64,000 nt of DNA from Zancudomyces culisetae HAW-14-8 (lineage: Eukaryota; Fungi; Kickxellomycota), in NCBI GenBank assembly GCA_052426225.1, contig JBNJNM010000021.1, positions 2,108,001-2,172,000 of the forward strand, written 5' to 3'. A program made the position numbers and the translations under genes. The notes beneath the pieces are model-generated. The model did not search any database and was not told the origin of the DNA. It worked only from the letters and a program-made list of their open reading frames with translations. Numbering within the stretch: the first letter of the stretch is position 1; every line of letters begins with the position of its first letter. Below, in pieces: positions 35,230-48,600 of the stretch.

Positions 35230-36720
35230 TTAAAACAGTTTGGATTTCTTCTTTATTCTTTTATCTGTTTTCGCAGCAGTTTTATAAAGCCGCTTGTATT
35301 CTCTGGTCAGGTCCAGCCTTGTTTTTAGCCAGCCTTCACGGATCTTGTCCAGGCTTTCAGTTCTATAGAATGAAAAGGGTGTTTGGCCAGGATAAAGCGG
35401 AGAGAAGCTGCTTATATCTGGAACCTGTGATAGTTGTTGCTCGTCCTGGGAATCCGACTGAGTGTTTGCCACGGATTTTTCAACAAAATGCATTAGTGAA
35501 TTCTCATGTACTTCGGGAACATTGGGATGGTCGAAAAAGCATAAGTTTTTAATAATCAGATCAAGCCCGCTGGATTTAGTTACCGAGTCGTCAGAGATAG
35601 AGGTGTTGGGTTTGTTTGTCATAACACTCTCATTCAATTCACCACCAAACAAACTAAACGGTGCATCTGATCCGCCTGCTTGTGGCTTACTTTCGGAGCG
35701 TCCAAACAGTCCTCTAAATGTCTCCATATTATCCTTACTTGGCATATCCACATCAGACCCATCCAGTTCACCAAAGTTGTCTCCAGCATCAGTTTCATCT
35801 TCAGAGCCGGAGCCGGATATACTCGAGCTTTCATCAGCCCGGTTTGCCAGTGGCTTTTCGGTGGTTGTTGGCACACTATTTTTACCAAACATACTGTACA
35901 AAATCTGTAAATGTCTTTGCTTTTCCTGCTCCAAATCATAGCTGGCGTCACTTTCGTTACCCGACTCGTTATCATTTTCAATACCTCTTGTATCATTTTT
36001 GGATGTAGAGCCGTATTTGAGCTTTTCTTTACTATCACCTTTGCTAGTTTCTTTGTCACTATCGTCGCTGCTGTCATCATTTTCAGAATCGTAGTCCGTA
36101 ATATATGCCAGGTCTTCAATTATTTTGGGTCTCACGCTTCCAAAGAGTTTCAATAAATTATCTTTATAATGGGTTGGATCAACCACTCTTATTGTCCTGT
36201 TGTCTTCCATCCGCAACCTCATCACAGCCACTGCTCTTCCGTATCTCGATCTTTTCCACCCCCTTCTTTCATCAACGTTTTTATCAGTAACTAGTGTCAT
36301 ATCTTTTGCATACCTGTTTTTTGAGTAGCGGGTTTTCTTTGGTGTTTCTTCAACAACCTGTTCTCGCTCTCTATCCATTCTAATTTTGTAGTTTTCTGTG
36401 GCTTCTTGCACCTTCATAACACACTCTCTCCATTTTGCTCCGTTATATACAGACAGGCATTTTTTCCACTTTTTGTCAGTCGTGTGTAGCGTCAAAAATC
36501 CAAAACCTCGACATTCATCCGAATCTGCAAATTTTGCAAGTTCAATGTCGTGAACACTCCCAAAGGGCTCGAATCTTTGAAGTATGTCTGTATCTATTGT
36601 TCTGGGGTTTAGTCCGCCCACATATACTCTGATATCCTTTTCTGCATCAACATCTACTGCTTGAACCTGTGAATCCTCTGTGACTGGATTGTTAGGTTCG
36701 TTTTTTTGCTCTACCTCCAT
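35230..36720 (-). CDS. NOP8: Nucleolar RRM protein Nop8/NOL8-like
   Basis: RVYVGGL...RFEPFGSVHDIEL...RGFGFLTL...WKKCLSVYNGAKWRECVMKVQEA RRM, acidic middle, C-terminal WLKTRLDLTREYKRLYKTA motif. Confidence 0.75.
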   Translation of the reverse strand: MEVEQKNEPNNPVTEDSQVQAVDVDAEKDIRVYVGGLNPRTIDTDILQRFEPFGSVHDIELAKFADSDECRGFGFLTLHTTDKKWKKCLSVYNGAKWRECVMKVQEATENYKIRMDREREQVVEETPKKTRYSKNRYAKDMTLVTDKNVDERRGWKRSRYGRAVAVMRLRMEDNRTIRVVDPTHYKDNLLKLFGSVRPKIIEDLAYITDYDSENDDSSDDSDKETSKGDSKEKLKYGSTSKNDTRGIENDNESGNESDASYDLEQEKQRHLQILYSMFGKNSVPTTTEKPLANRADESSSISGSGSEDETDAGDNFGELDGSDVDMPSKDNMETFRGLFGRSESKPQAGGSDAPFSLFGGELNESVMTNKPNTSISDDSVTKSSGLDLIIKNLCFFDHPNVPEVHENSLMHFVEKSVANTQSDSQDEQQLSQVPDISSFSPLYPGQTPFSFYRTESLDKIREGWLKTRLDLTREYKRLYKTAAKTDKRIKKKSKLF

Positions 36721-37507
36721 GATGAATTGTGTTTTCGACCAGGTCTCTACCGACGATATCGATAAATTAGCGGAATATGGCGAAATAACTACAAATTCTT
36801 GGTTCAAACTTTTACAATAGACATTTTGATCTTTTATAAAAAAAATTTTTTTTTAGTTATTTAGCACAATTGTCAAAAAAATGTTGCAAAAAAAGTCCAC
36901 ACACGCCAATTGAGGTGCACTGTTTAAAAGCTAAATCCGCAACTAATTGCTTGTTACTGGGGACGGCGGCGGCGGTGGTTTCCGAGACACCAAAGCTTGG
37001 TCACGGATATAGGGTACATTGGATTCTCGAGTGGAATCGACCACTTGATTATTTTCCTACTTTTATTCGACTATCTGTTATTTTGAGTGTTTATTTTTTC
37101 CCATATGCACTAGACCAGCAGGTTTCAAGTAAAAAAATGACAACAAACCACAGAGTGTTTAGACGAGGATAGGTTTGCTAGCTATATAACAACTAGTGAT
37201 GTTCTTATAAGTTGTATAGTACTCTAGCGATTCCCTGCACCCAGCACCACGGCTCGCTGCGTAAATTAACAGTATATTATATTGGATGTTTGTATTTCTT
37301 CGATTTCAGTGGAGGGCGGTAATGCCTAGAAGCGTTGGAGTGGCGCAAAATTATTTTCTTCATTTAAAAATTAATGCTAATAACCTTATTCACTAAAAAA
37401 AATAATTACAATTAAATTAAAATACAACTCAGCACTTGTATTGTTAGTTTCAAATACTTTTTAAAACATTGACGAAGAAAATAAATATTAAACAAAGCCT
37501 GCATATA

Positions 37508-38992
37508 ATGGAGGAAATAAAATTTAACGTTGAAAATGGGTACCTGGAGGGCATTGTTCGTGGATATAGGGATGGGTTTATTACGCGACAACAGTACTTG
37601 AATATGACTCAATGTGAAACAATAGAAGGTAAGTTTGTTGGAATCTGCAGTAAAGTATTTATTGGTTGTGGAATTGGGTCGGTGAGGATCTTGTCAAAAC
37701 CGCATGAAATTAAATGTCTATGAAGCTGTTGATACTTTACAAGCTTTGCAACAATATCAAAAATAATACTTGATTTAAATCCCGACATTTATCCATGCCT
37801 TCAAACACAATGAGAAAATAAATGCAAATTAAAAATGTACTTTTCATAGATTTGCGTATGCAGCTGGCAACAACGGATTATGGCCTGTTTCTACAAAACG
37901 AACCTTCACCATTAGCAACCTCTACCATGAGTGCGAGGTGTAACGAAGTGCTAGTACAGGAATTTAGATACCTTCGAGAAAACTCAAACTCTCAATGCTT
38001 GAAATTCCTCAAGTATCTGACATATTCGTATATGATTGACAATGTAATATTATTGATAACAGGAACACTACACGAAAGAGATACACATGAGCTACTAGAA
38101 AGATGCCACCCTCTGGGTTGGTTTGATACAATGCCTGCACTTTGCGTAGCCACAAATGTTGCCGAGTTATATACCACAGTTTTGGTCGATTCCCCAATAG
38201 GTATGTTTGATACAGTGCGTATAAAACGAGGTATATATAAATACAAGTGATATCCACTCCGGCTCACAACTATACGCTTCAACTAATATCCTTTTGACTA
38301 TTAATAGCCGAGTATTTTAGAGACTGTCTTTCAGCTGAGGATTTAAACGAAGTTAACATAGAGATCATAAGAAATATGTTGTACAAGGCATACATTGAAG
38401 ATTTTTACAGATATTGTGAGGAGATTGGAGGCACCACCTTTGAGATTATGAGTGAAATATTGATGGTATGTTTATGTTTTAGTATTTCTGGCTTTAAGCT
38501 AAAATGAAATTAAGCTAGAAAGCACATGTTCCAAGTTGCTTAAAGTTTTGGTTATTATCCAAATAGTTTGAGGCAGATCGCAGGAAAATTAGTATTACGA
38601 TAAACTCGATAGGAACTGAACTGTCAAAAGAGGACCGTACAAAACTGTTTCCAAAGCTCGGAATTTTGTATCCTGGAGGCGATGCAAATTTGGCAAAATG
38701 CGACGATGTGGAGCAAGTAAAGCATGCACTGGGCGCATATCTTGATTACCGTTCACTGTTGGTGGAGGAAGACCACCACGCTGGATCGGCAAGGGATTTG
38801 TCATTTGAAGAGCTGTGCTTTGAGCGACAAGTTAGTCTAAACAAGACTGCATTTGATAGACAGTTTCATTTTGGGATATTTTATGCCTGGCTGAAATTGA
38901 AGGAACAAGAAGTTCGGAATGTAGTGTGGATAGCCGAGTGCATTAGCCAGAAACAGAAGGATAAGATTGGCAACTATATCCCTATTTTCTAG
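37508..38992 (+). CDS. VMA6: V-type ATPase V0 subunit d; exons 37508-37628, 37850-38200, 38308-38465, 38567-38992
   Basis: [68 protein letters not shown]; three GT-AG introns keep frame. Confidence 0.95.
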
Positions 38993-41519
38993 CCACGAAG
39001 CAAGTGATGATAAGTTTTTAATCTAGTTTTTTTCGTTAATATATTTACTATGCATCTTAGTTCAGTATACCTATTATTTTCCAATAAAAAAATACATTAT
39101 ATTTAATTTGGGAGTATTGGAGTAAAAGCGAATATACTTTTTTTACTTTTAAGGATCGTTAAACTGTAATCCTTGAAAATATGGTTGATGCTAAAAGATA
39201 CATTTGAAAAAAATAAATAATTTGTATAAAAAAATATGACTCATGATGATGTGCAAAAAAAAAACAGTAGGTTGCAAACTGTTAATGTGATTATTTAATG
39301 ATGTGTGGGTAGCTGTTCAGAAACATTCATATCTTGGTAAATACACACGGTGCTAGTCACCTTAGGACTGCTGTGATGGTGTCTTTTGTATTGCTCAGGT
39401 TCTACCATCCAATATCTTTGATGTGTCTCGTGTTTTTGGAGGGTTGTTTGGTATATTTATTGAGATGGGAATTATCCACATTCTGGAGGTCCGATATCAT
39501 GCAGTATATAGTTTATTTCACGTGCAAGAAAATAAAATGAACAGATAATAGTGGTGGCGAAGGTCTTTCCTGGTGCTTTTACTGTTTATTTCATATGCAG
39601 CCATGTGATACAACTACCAAGTGACATGTTTTAAACAAACGTCGTAAAAGCCTGCCTGTTCACTAAATACGACAAATTTTAAATTTGGAGTATGTGGTGG
39701 AAATCGAAAAGCACTTGTTTTCTGTGTACCTTTCACCCCCTCATCCCAGAAAAAAATGGAGTCACTTTTGCCTCCTTTAATAAAGCCTGAGATAAAAGTT
39801 GGTCGATCGTGTACAGCTACAAAACAAAAAAGAGGTGTCTGTACATGTTTATAATATTTTTCTTTCTTTCCTTTGTACTGTTGTTACTGATATACTGCAA
39901 GTGGATATAATAAAAGCATGGGATCTGTGCATTAGTTTCAAACAGCCAAATATACCTGTTGTGATCTGACAAGCGAGTATCAACGCACGTTTTTTTCTTT
40001 CTTTATCACTTGAATCTATTTGCGGGAATGGTATATTATTGAAAATGTTAATTGTATTAATAAAATAAAACGTAAACTCCGGTGGCGGGAAGGAAAAAAT
40101 GTTACTTGTCAATTTAGTTCACCATTAAAAAAAAATGGATTTTTTTTTGCAGCTTTAATCACCAAGAACATGGTAAACCAAGAGTACAAAATCCCATGCT
40201 AAACTCGTAACCAAAAAAAAAATAAAAAAATAGAAGGAGGGTCTGCTAATGAGTATAGGTATGGTATAATGAACTTTTGAAGGCGGGGAGGTTGGCATTT
40301 AAACTGTAGCGAGGCGGGGGAAGCTTCAAGAAAAGAGATATAAATCAACACTTTGTCCACGTTTTTTTAATATTCTTTTTCTTTTTTGATATTCGAATTT
40401 AGAAACAATTACAATAAGCCAAGAACAAATAGACTAAAATATGTTTGGAAAAGCAACACCCACACACTGTATATTTTTTCTCGTGGGTTTTTAATTTCCG
40501 AGTTTCAAGATATTCCGTAAACCCGAGTGCGGGATTCCAATTAGTGAAAATTTGGAACTACTGTTAGTACTTTCATATTTGACAGCCGAGATAATAAACG
40601 ATAAAGCAAGTGCATTAATAAGCAAAACCCAAATTAATAATCATATTGATTTCAAATCCCTGGAGTGACTAGTAAAATAAAATAAACAATCAAGCAGAAA
40701 GTAAAAGATAAAAATAAACAGCGAAAAAGCCAAAGCTCACTTTTTCAAACTTGGATTTAATGTTGCTGAATTTATTATTATTTTTTAGTTCATTAGCCCC
40801 ATTTTTCAGTTCAAACTTGTGAACCAATAACTGCATATAATAAATCGTGAAAACAAAAACATTTGGGAAAAAAGAAAAGGTTTGGTGAGCAAAAAAAGCA
40901 AATAGAATTTTTCGGCAAACACAGTCATTCGTACGCAAATTATGCAAAAATGTTGGAACTAAGGAACAGGTGCTAGACTTTATTGATTGTGTTGCAGGGA
41001 AACCCTAGCGAGAGAAAATGAGCAACCAGCTAATAAAATGGCGAACGGGGAAGAGTGAGAGAGGTAGGTGAGAGCAAATTACTGGAAATCATTTTATTTG
41101 ATCTAATCGAACTGTAAAAAAAGCAAACCAATCTCAGCAAAGCGAACAATTTAAACCCATTACAAATCATTATTTTTTTATATTAGAAATCAATAACGTT
41201 AGAATAAAAAAAGGGGGAAAATAGACAAATAAAGTAGGGGAAATGCAAATCTATGCATGAATTGTTTTGTATAAATACAGCTCCTCCCCTTATTTTGCTG
41301 AACTTGAAAGTTTTAAAAAAAAAACGTTAACAGCAGGAAAACAAGGAACAGCCAAAGACAAACTAACTACGTAAAAACCCCGTCCCGACTTTTAACAGTA
41401 AAAAGATATCTGAGCTCTTACAAAATATTTCAGACAAATATCACACTCACACTCACAAGATCACACCTCAGACATTAAAAAAAAATACTTAAGAACGACG
41501 GAAAAAGAACTAACAAAAA

Positions 41520-43261
41520 ATGACAGTCTTTGAAGAATATCCCAGTATGATTAAAAAGCAAAACCTGACTACCATTATAGGTAAGAGATAGTGTCATATA
41601 TTTAGTACAAAACCTACTTGCAACGACACTTAAAAGTTGGGAAAGGGACGTTATAGTGGAAGCTATTATAGTGTCACTATACGTAAACCATAGTATAAAT
41701 TTCTTTTATATCTTGAAATTATGCCAAGAAGCAAGAAAAACAATTTTCAAGATATAAAAACTAAACTAAACAAAATCAAATAAATAAAAATAATACTTGA
41801 ATAGTCTTTGGAGCTTCAGGAGACTTGGCCAAAAGAAAGACGTTTCCTGCACTCTACGAGTTGTTTACAAAAAAACTGCTACCAAAGCATACACGTATTA
41901 TTGGATATGCTCGGAGCCCACTCAACAGAGAAGACTTTTTGAAGCGAATCAAACAATACATAAAGTCACCAGGAGATGACATTGCTGCCTTTGAAGAGCT
42001 CTGTGAATACCGCAGCGGAGAATATGGAAAACCAGATGACTTCCAACAAATGCACGCTCGCGTAAGAGAACTAGAAGGCGAAATGGACACAGCAAGTGGC
42101 GGGAAGAATTGCGGTGTTATGAGGATATACTACCTGGCACTACCACCAACTACATTTGTAGAGGTTGCCGGAAACATCAAGGAGAACCTATACAGTAATG
42201 ATGTGACAAACCACCTGGTAATCGAGAAACCATTCGGATCAGACCGAGATTCCAGCAAGGTTTTGGGTGGCCAGATTTCCAAATACTTTAGAGAAGAAGA
42301 GATCTTTAGAACTGACCACTACTTGGGCAAGGATATGGTTAAAAACTTGATGGCTTTGCGATTTGCAAACACATTTTACGATGCCGTTTGGAACAAGGAG
42401 TACATTTCAAATGTACAAATCACATTTAAGGAAAAGATTGGTACACAAGGCCGCGGTGGCTACTTTGATGAGTTTGGAATAATCCGTGATGTCATACAAA
42501 ACCACTTGATGCAGGTACTCAGTATCATTGCCATGGAGACACCCAAATCACTGGACGCCGAAGATATCCGTGACTGCAAGGCCGCTGTGTTGAAATGTAT
42601 CCCACCAGCAACCCTTGATGAAACCCTACTTGGTCAATACACCGCATCGGAGGATGGCTCAGAGCCCGGGTATTTGGACGATGAAACTGTTCGAAAAGGC
42701 TCAAACACTCCAACATTTGCAATGACAACTCTGCACATCGATAACGACCGGTGGAGAGGTGTTCCATTCGTAGTGAAGGCCGGCAAGGCGCTAGAGGATG
42801 CCCGAGTGTCCGTTCGAATCCAGTTCAAGGATATGAAGTACCCACTCTTCCCAAACATGGCCAGAAACGAGCTGGTCATCCGCATCAGTCCAGCCGAAGC
42901 CATCTACATGAAAACTGTAGTAAAAGAACCTGGACTCACAAACAACCTCGCTCTCAGCGAGCTGGATCTTACATACCAGGATAGATACACTCACATTCCT
43001 ATACCCGATGCCTATGCAAGCTTGATTTTAGACGTCTTGGGTACCGACCACTCCAACTTTGTCAGAGCTGATGAACTCGATGAGTCTTGGCGTATTTTCA
43101 CTCCACTGTTGCACCAAATCGACAATGAAAATATCACTCCTCTGCCATACCGATTTGGATCTCGTGGTCCAGAAGGTGAGTCCAACTTCTTGGAAGTCTT
43201 TGGTGGCTATGTAAAACCTGTATTGGCATACAATTGGAAAAAGGCTAGTGCCAAGATTTAA
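41520..43261 (+). CDS. ZWF1: Glucose-6-phosphate 1-dehydrogenase; exons 41520-41580, 41805-43261
   Basis: VFGASGDLAKRKTFP, EKPFG, RTDHYLGK, GRGGYFDEFGIIRDVIQNHL motifs. Confidence 0.96.
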
Positions 43262-43862
43262 TTCAGTCAAGACCTAGCTGTTGATTCCTTATATATTATT
43301 ATACTATTCCTTTTTACTTGTTTATCCGTATTTAGTATTTCACTATTATTTTTCATTTGATTTTATTAATATAATCTAAATCTATAACAAAGTTGTACTG
43401 CAAAAAAAAAAAAGAAGGACGATAGAGAATATAGAGCTGAGGCTTTGAAAGATATGAGAACAATTGCAAGTTGAAAGCAAAGTAGATCAGATATGATGGT
43501 GATGGTGGTGGCGGTGGCGGTGGTGGATATGTGTACTCATATAGTTTTACCCTATAAGTAGTTGTTGGATAATCCATCTCAAGCACATGGATGTGTATTT
43601 ATAGAGTGGATTGTGTCTGAGTTTGTCGGATATTTTTTTATATTTTTTTCTTTTCTCTTTTTTCTTTTGGTGAAACATTTTCGGGTAATTTTTTAATAGC
43701 TAAAAAAAAATAGAATACAATAATTTATAATGACGTTTAATTTGCCATTTACTTTTTCTCATCCCAAAAGTCTCTTTTTAATTACACTAACAAACTTTGT
43801 CTTGTATATTAATTATTTTCAAAAGTAAAAGAAAAAAGGGAAAGGGAAGGGTAAAAGACAGC

Positions 43863-44720
43863 ATGGGAAAAAGAAAATCATCCACAAAAGTTGCCAAAAG
43901 GGTACAACCCAAGTTGGACAAGGTGTTCGATTGCCTGTTCTGTAGTCACGAAAAGTCGGTTAATGTAATAATGTAAGTAAAGCCATAAGCTTTTTTTTTC
44001 CACTCTTTTCACTCTTACTCTACCTCTCCTTTGTATTCACTTTTGCACGCATAAAAAGAAAAATAACAACAGAAATTCGTAAACTAGGGACAAGACCCGA
44101 AAAATAGGGATTTTGAATTGTAAAGTTTGCCTAGCGAAATACCAAGCAGCAATAAATCGCAAGTTTTTTTCTTCATTTTTTTGTTTCTGATTTGTAAACA
44201 CAAAGAGAAATCTTTATATCACAAATACAACAAGTCATACTAAAAGAAAAGTATCGAAAATTTATTTAAAAAAATAGATTTGAGTCAGCCAATTGATGTA
44301 TATAGCGAATGGATAGATGCTTGTGATGAAGCCAAACGGCAGGAGGAACTCGCCTCTTCAAACGCTGCTGCTGGAGGCTCTGCTGGTAGAAATGGCGGTA
44401 CTGACAGTGAAAATGACGACGAAGAATCCGGTACGAGAGCAGGGAGAGGTTCAAGAAGAGAACAGTTGGATTACGACGATGAGGATGACGATGAAGAGGA
44501 AACATTTAGAAATACCGAGCGGGGTAGAGATAGAGGCACTATCAAAAGTAGTCATCGGAATGACAAAAGTAAATCAAAGTCGGCTAGTATATTTGGTAGC
44601 GATGAAGAAGACGAAGAAGAGGAGCCAGAGGATGAAGAAGAGGATGAAGAGGAAGAAAGGCATAGTAGGAATAGAAAAAGACACAAAACCATAGAGTATT
44701 CCGATGAGGATGATTATTAG
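43863..44720 (+). CDS. ELF1: Transcription elongation factor Elf1 with long acidic tail; exons 43863-43972, 44088-44158, 44278-44720
   Basis: [40 protein letters not shown] zinc ribbon; second intron has a GC donor. Confidence 0.9.
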
Positions 44721-45655
44721 CGATATAAATTTCTGTGCAAAACTAGTATACCCTTGTTTTCCTTGTCTAATTTAAACATGATACTTATTTAATACCCACA
44801 GTCGTTTTATTAAATTAATACACCCTGTATATTTGCTCGCAAACGAGCATTCTTCACTTGTTATTTTCTTTTTTTGCTTATCAAACCAAACCCTGTTTAA
44901 ATGAGGTTAATGACAAAATATATTTATCTTTTTTTTTTTTTGATTCTAAGGACGTGACCAGCACAGGTAAAAGACAAGATCAGAAATATGGGCTCGGATT
45001 TTAGCGTTTCGACCCTTAGTGTTTCAGTTTCAGTCTCGATATATTATTTATTTTATTCTTCGATCCTTTTCTGATGTGTAGAGAAACTGATTCTATTTCA
45101 CTTTGATTCGGTGTCCATACCATGGCCAACACAGTAGAGGCTTGGTTGGTGCATACATATTCTAAATGTACACGCTGGTTTGAGTATATTTTATCCTAGT
45201 GTTAGGCATTGGATTTAAAACTTTCTTTCTAGAGAAGCGATTAACTGACAGGTATAATGCCAGGATCAATAGGCTTATGTATTATATATTCACACGATAT
45301 TCGATGGATATGGATTGAAGTTGGAAAAACAAAGATGTAGAGGAGAGTGGAAAGGTATTGGTGTTCTTACTATAGATTTGTCGTGTTTCTAGTGTTAGTA
45401 TGTATTTATTTGAACTTCACTGCGCTTGATAGACAGCCTCCCTCTTGTACTAAACCTTTCTAAAATGTGAATAAACAAATCAGTTCTTGTACAAATGTAG
45501 ACCCATCCACTTGGTATATGCCTGAAAATTTTCCGTTTATTGTTAATAACAGTATAAAAAAAATAGGAACATCACAAACTAAAAAGAAACACATTTCAAA
45601 GGTGTACTCAAATAAATAAAAGACTGATAATTCCATCAAGAGAGTATTTATAAAA

Positions 45656-48600
45656 TTATGACTGTTTAGCTTTTTTAAATCCCCCAACTGTATATTGGCA
45701 AAACTCAACCAATTCTTGATCATCTAGTTCGTTCGCAACTTTTATGATCAATTCAATATGCCTACTTGTGTCAATACCATGTTTAATCAACAGTTTGATA
45801 ATTTCGACATTTTTATGTTTGATAGCCTCCTTTAACCCGTATTCCTTTTTTAGTACCAAATTCGGATTTCTTTCCAACAAGAGTTTTAGCATTTCCAAAT
45901 TGTTATTTGTACACGCCCAAACCACTCCACTACCACTTCCCCTTTTTATCTTTACCCCATTTTCAAATAACAGCTTCAGAAATTCTAGATTATTATTTCT
46001 ACAGGCGTAATATACGAAATCCAATTCGTTATTTTCAAGCGTAGTCGTATCTTTCAATAGCAATTTAGCTGCCTCTAGTTTGTTTTTCTCGATAGCAGAT
46101 TCAAGTAAGCGAGAGAATCCACCAATCTCAGGGCAATAATTCAACATTAGCTGAATAGTTTCAATGTCATCTAAATCAAAATAATAATACAATTTATGTG
46201 ATCCACTTTCTACTTTTGCACCATTTTCCAATAATAGTCTGAACATCTCTGCATTTTTTGATTCAAGTGCTATATCTAGAATACTAGTGTTACCCTCTAC
46301 ACTGATTCCACTCTCCAAAAGTAGTTTTACTGCCTCAACGTTTTCTAATTGTACGGCGAATTCCATTATTTTAGAATGATGATTGGGATTGATCTTATAC
46401 GTTAACAGTAGATTCAATAATTCAATATTAGATACAGTAATTGCTGCCTTTATCCCATATAACAAATCGCTATTATCCATGGACATACCCTTTTCAAGTA
46501 AGATTTTAGTAATCTTGTATTCATCAAAACAACCACTATTATTATGGCTCAAAGGTGAATAATGTTGTAATTCTCCTTCCTTTGTATTTGTGTTGTCTTT
46601 TTTCTCTAACACCCCCAAACCAACATAATACTCTAGAATCATTTTTATCATCTCAATATCCTCAGTTAAACGAGCATAATCTAATTGGTATCTACAAATA
46701 TTCCCCGCCTCAGCATTATTATCCAAGAGGTATTTCAGTGTTCTCTTGAGACCCAATCTACATGCAACCCTGACCCCATTCAGTTCTGGGTTACTCAAAT
46801 CAACTCCATTTTCTACCAACCATTTAATCATATCAAAGTTACCCAGTATACACGCAACGTTAATACACTCATATTTTGGGTTATTGGGCACCACACCACC
46901 ATTCTTGATCCAATGTTCCAACACTTCAACTTTATCCGATTTACACGCCTCCTCAAACCCATCTGATTCTCCGTTTAGTTTTGCACCTTTACCGATAAAA
47001 TAATCAATCCAACCAATATCACCTGCTTTGTACGCTGTCCTTAAGATCAAACTATTCTTCGTATTAATATCAACTCCATACTCTATCAATAGTTTTAAGA
47101 TTTCAAAGTTTCGATTCACCAGCTCTGATTTTGCTAGCTCGTAATGCCTATCATTCAACACCTCTATGTTGACTTTGTATCCAAATTCGTTAATTTCGTC
47201 ATGTTCAGTATATTCGAATGGATTTTGCAGATTATTCTCAATAATATATCTAATGATTTCGAGTAATTCTTCATAACAAGATTTTCTTTCTTCAACCATA
47301 TGATTATAAGAAAAAAGTTTTTCGAAATATGAGTAAATAATCTCGAACGTTTTTTTCCTCCTTGAATTCACAATTGCTATTACGTTTTCGAATAAATCCA
47401 GGTATTTAAAAGAAATATCAAAATCGACACCATTGTGAACAAACTGGCATCTGAAATCCTGACAGGCTTTAATAAGACATATAATTGTTTTACTAAACCT
47501 CAGCCTTGTCCCAGTCTTGGCCAGGCTTTCTGAAGTTTTGGATTTAGTTTTTTCGTCGCTTAAATTTGAGATCTCTAATAGCCGTTTCGCTATGTCATAA
47601 TTTTTAATACTGCATAGCTTTCCAATAATATGTTGAACCTCAGATTCATCCAAATCATTATACCCACCCCATGACCGTAGATTATATAAATAGCTATATC
47701 CGTATGTGATTCTTACTTCCTTATACTCTAGTGATTTTAAATTCACTCCACCTTCGATAAGTTGTTTTATAATTCTAGTATCCCCAATCTCTATCGCTTT
47801 CCCTAAACAAGAAACATTCATTGTATTTGGATATTTACTGATGATTTCTTGTACCAATTCGTAGTTCTTGGTTTTTATCGCTGTTTTTAGAGCATTTTCA
47901 TCCAGATCTCCCTTCAGCTTATCGCTATTTATTAAAAGCAACTTAACAATACCGACAACGCCTCTACGGTATGCCATTTCCGTTAGTTTTCTAATATTTC
48001 CCGGGTTTAGTTCGACTTTGAAAACATATTCTTGTACCAAACTGTCATATCTATTATAAACCGCTGCATCGAAAAATATCTGTGAGTATCTACTACCAGT
48101 GTAGCTATCCTTAAGGAATTTTATCAACTCTTTCTCGTTCCAGTGAATAGAATGAAATGTACATATCATATAAACTAACAAATCCATTTTATCTGCATTT
48201 CCATAATCCATAACAAAATTATTAAACTCCGTATCATAGGAATCACCGTAGGAGTTTGTAATTGATTGTAAATCCTGAAAAGAGAAATTTGTGTTGATTT
48301 TCACATCCAAAAGCTGTTTTAATAGTTCAAGGTTGTCCAAGTCAACTATTACTTCTCCAGCAGTGAATAAACAGTATAATAAAAATTCTTTACCTACACA
48401 AATAATATCCCTTTCAAAGGAACCACATATTTCAGGAAAAAACTCAAATCTGGTGTTGCAGATATCTAATAACATTTTGACATCTCTTTCTTCAGAAATA
48501 TCTAAAATTTGATACTCCAAATCCATTGAGTTCCCTCGCACCCTGAATAATGGTCTTACATAAAGTGATTCAGATATATCGATATCATTTTCCTCTCTTC

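Noticed and set aside
36950-37350. GC-richer patch with a B-box-like GGTCGATTCC (minus strand) between NOP8 and VMA6, possible tRNA or ncRNA
   Set aside because: No cloverleaf or recognisable snRNA/RNase P/MRP motifs could be built by eye. Likely a divergent promoter; an Infernal/Rfam scan would settle it.
39000-41500. Short ORFs in the 2.5-kb gap between VMA6 and G6PD
   Set aside because: No recognisable motifs or coding bias; treated as intergenic or promoter DNA
41667-41681. Palindrome tatagtg-t-cactata in the G6PD intron, partly matching the SP6 promoter
   Set aside because: Only 11 nt match, no other vector sequence nearby; compatible with chance
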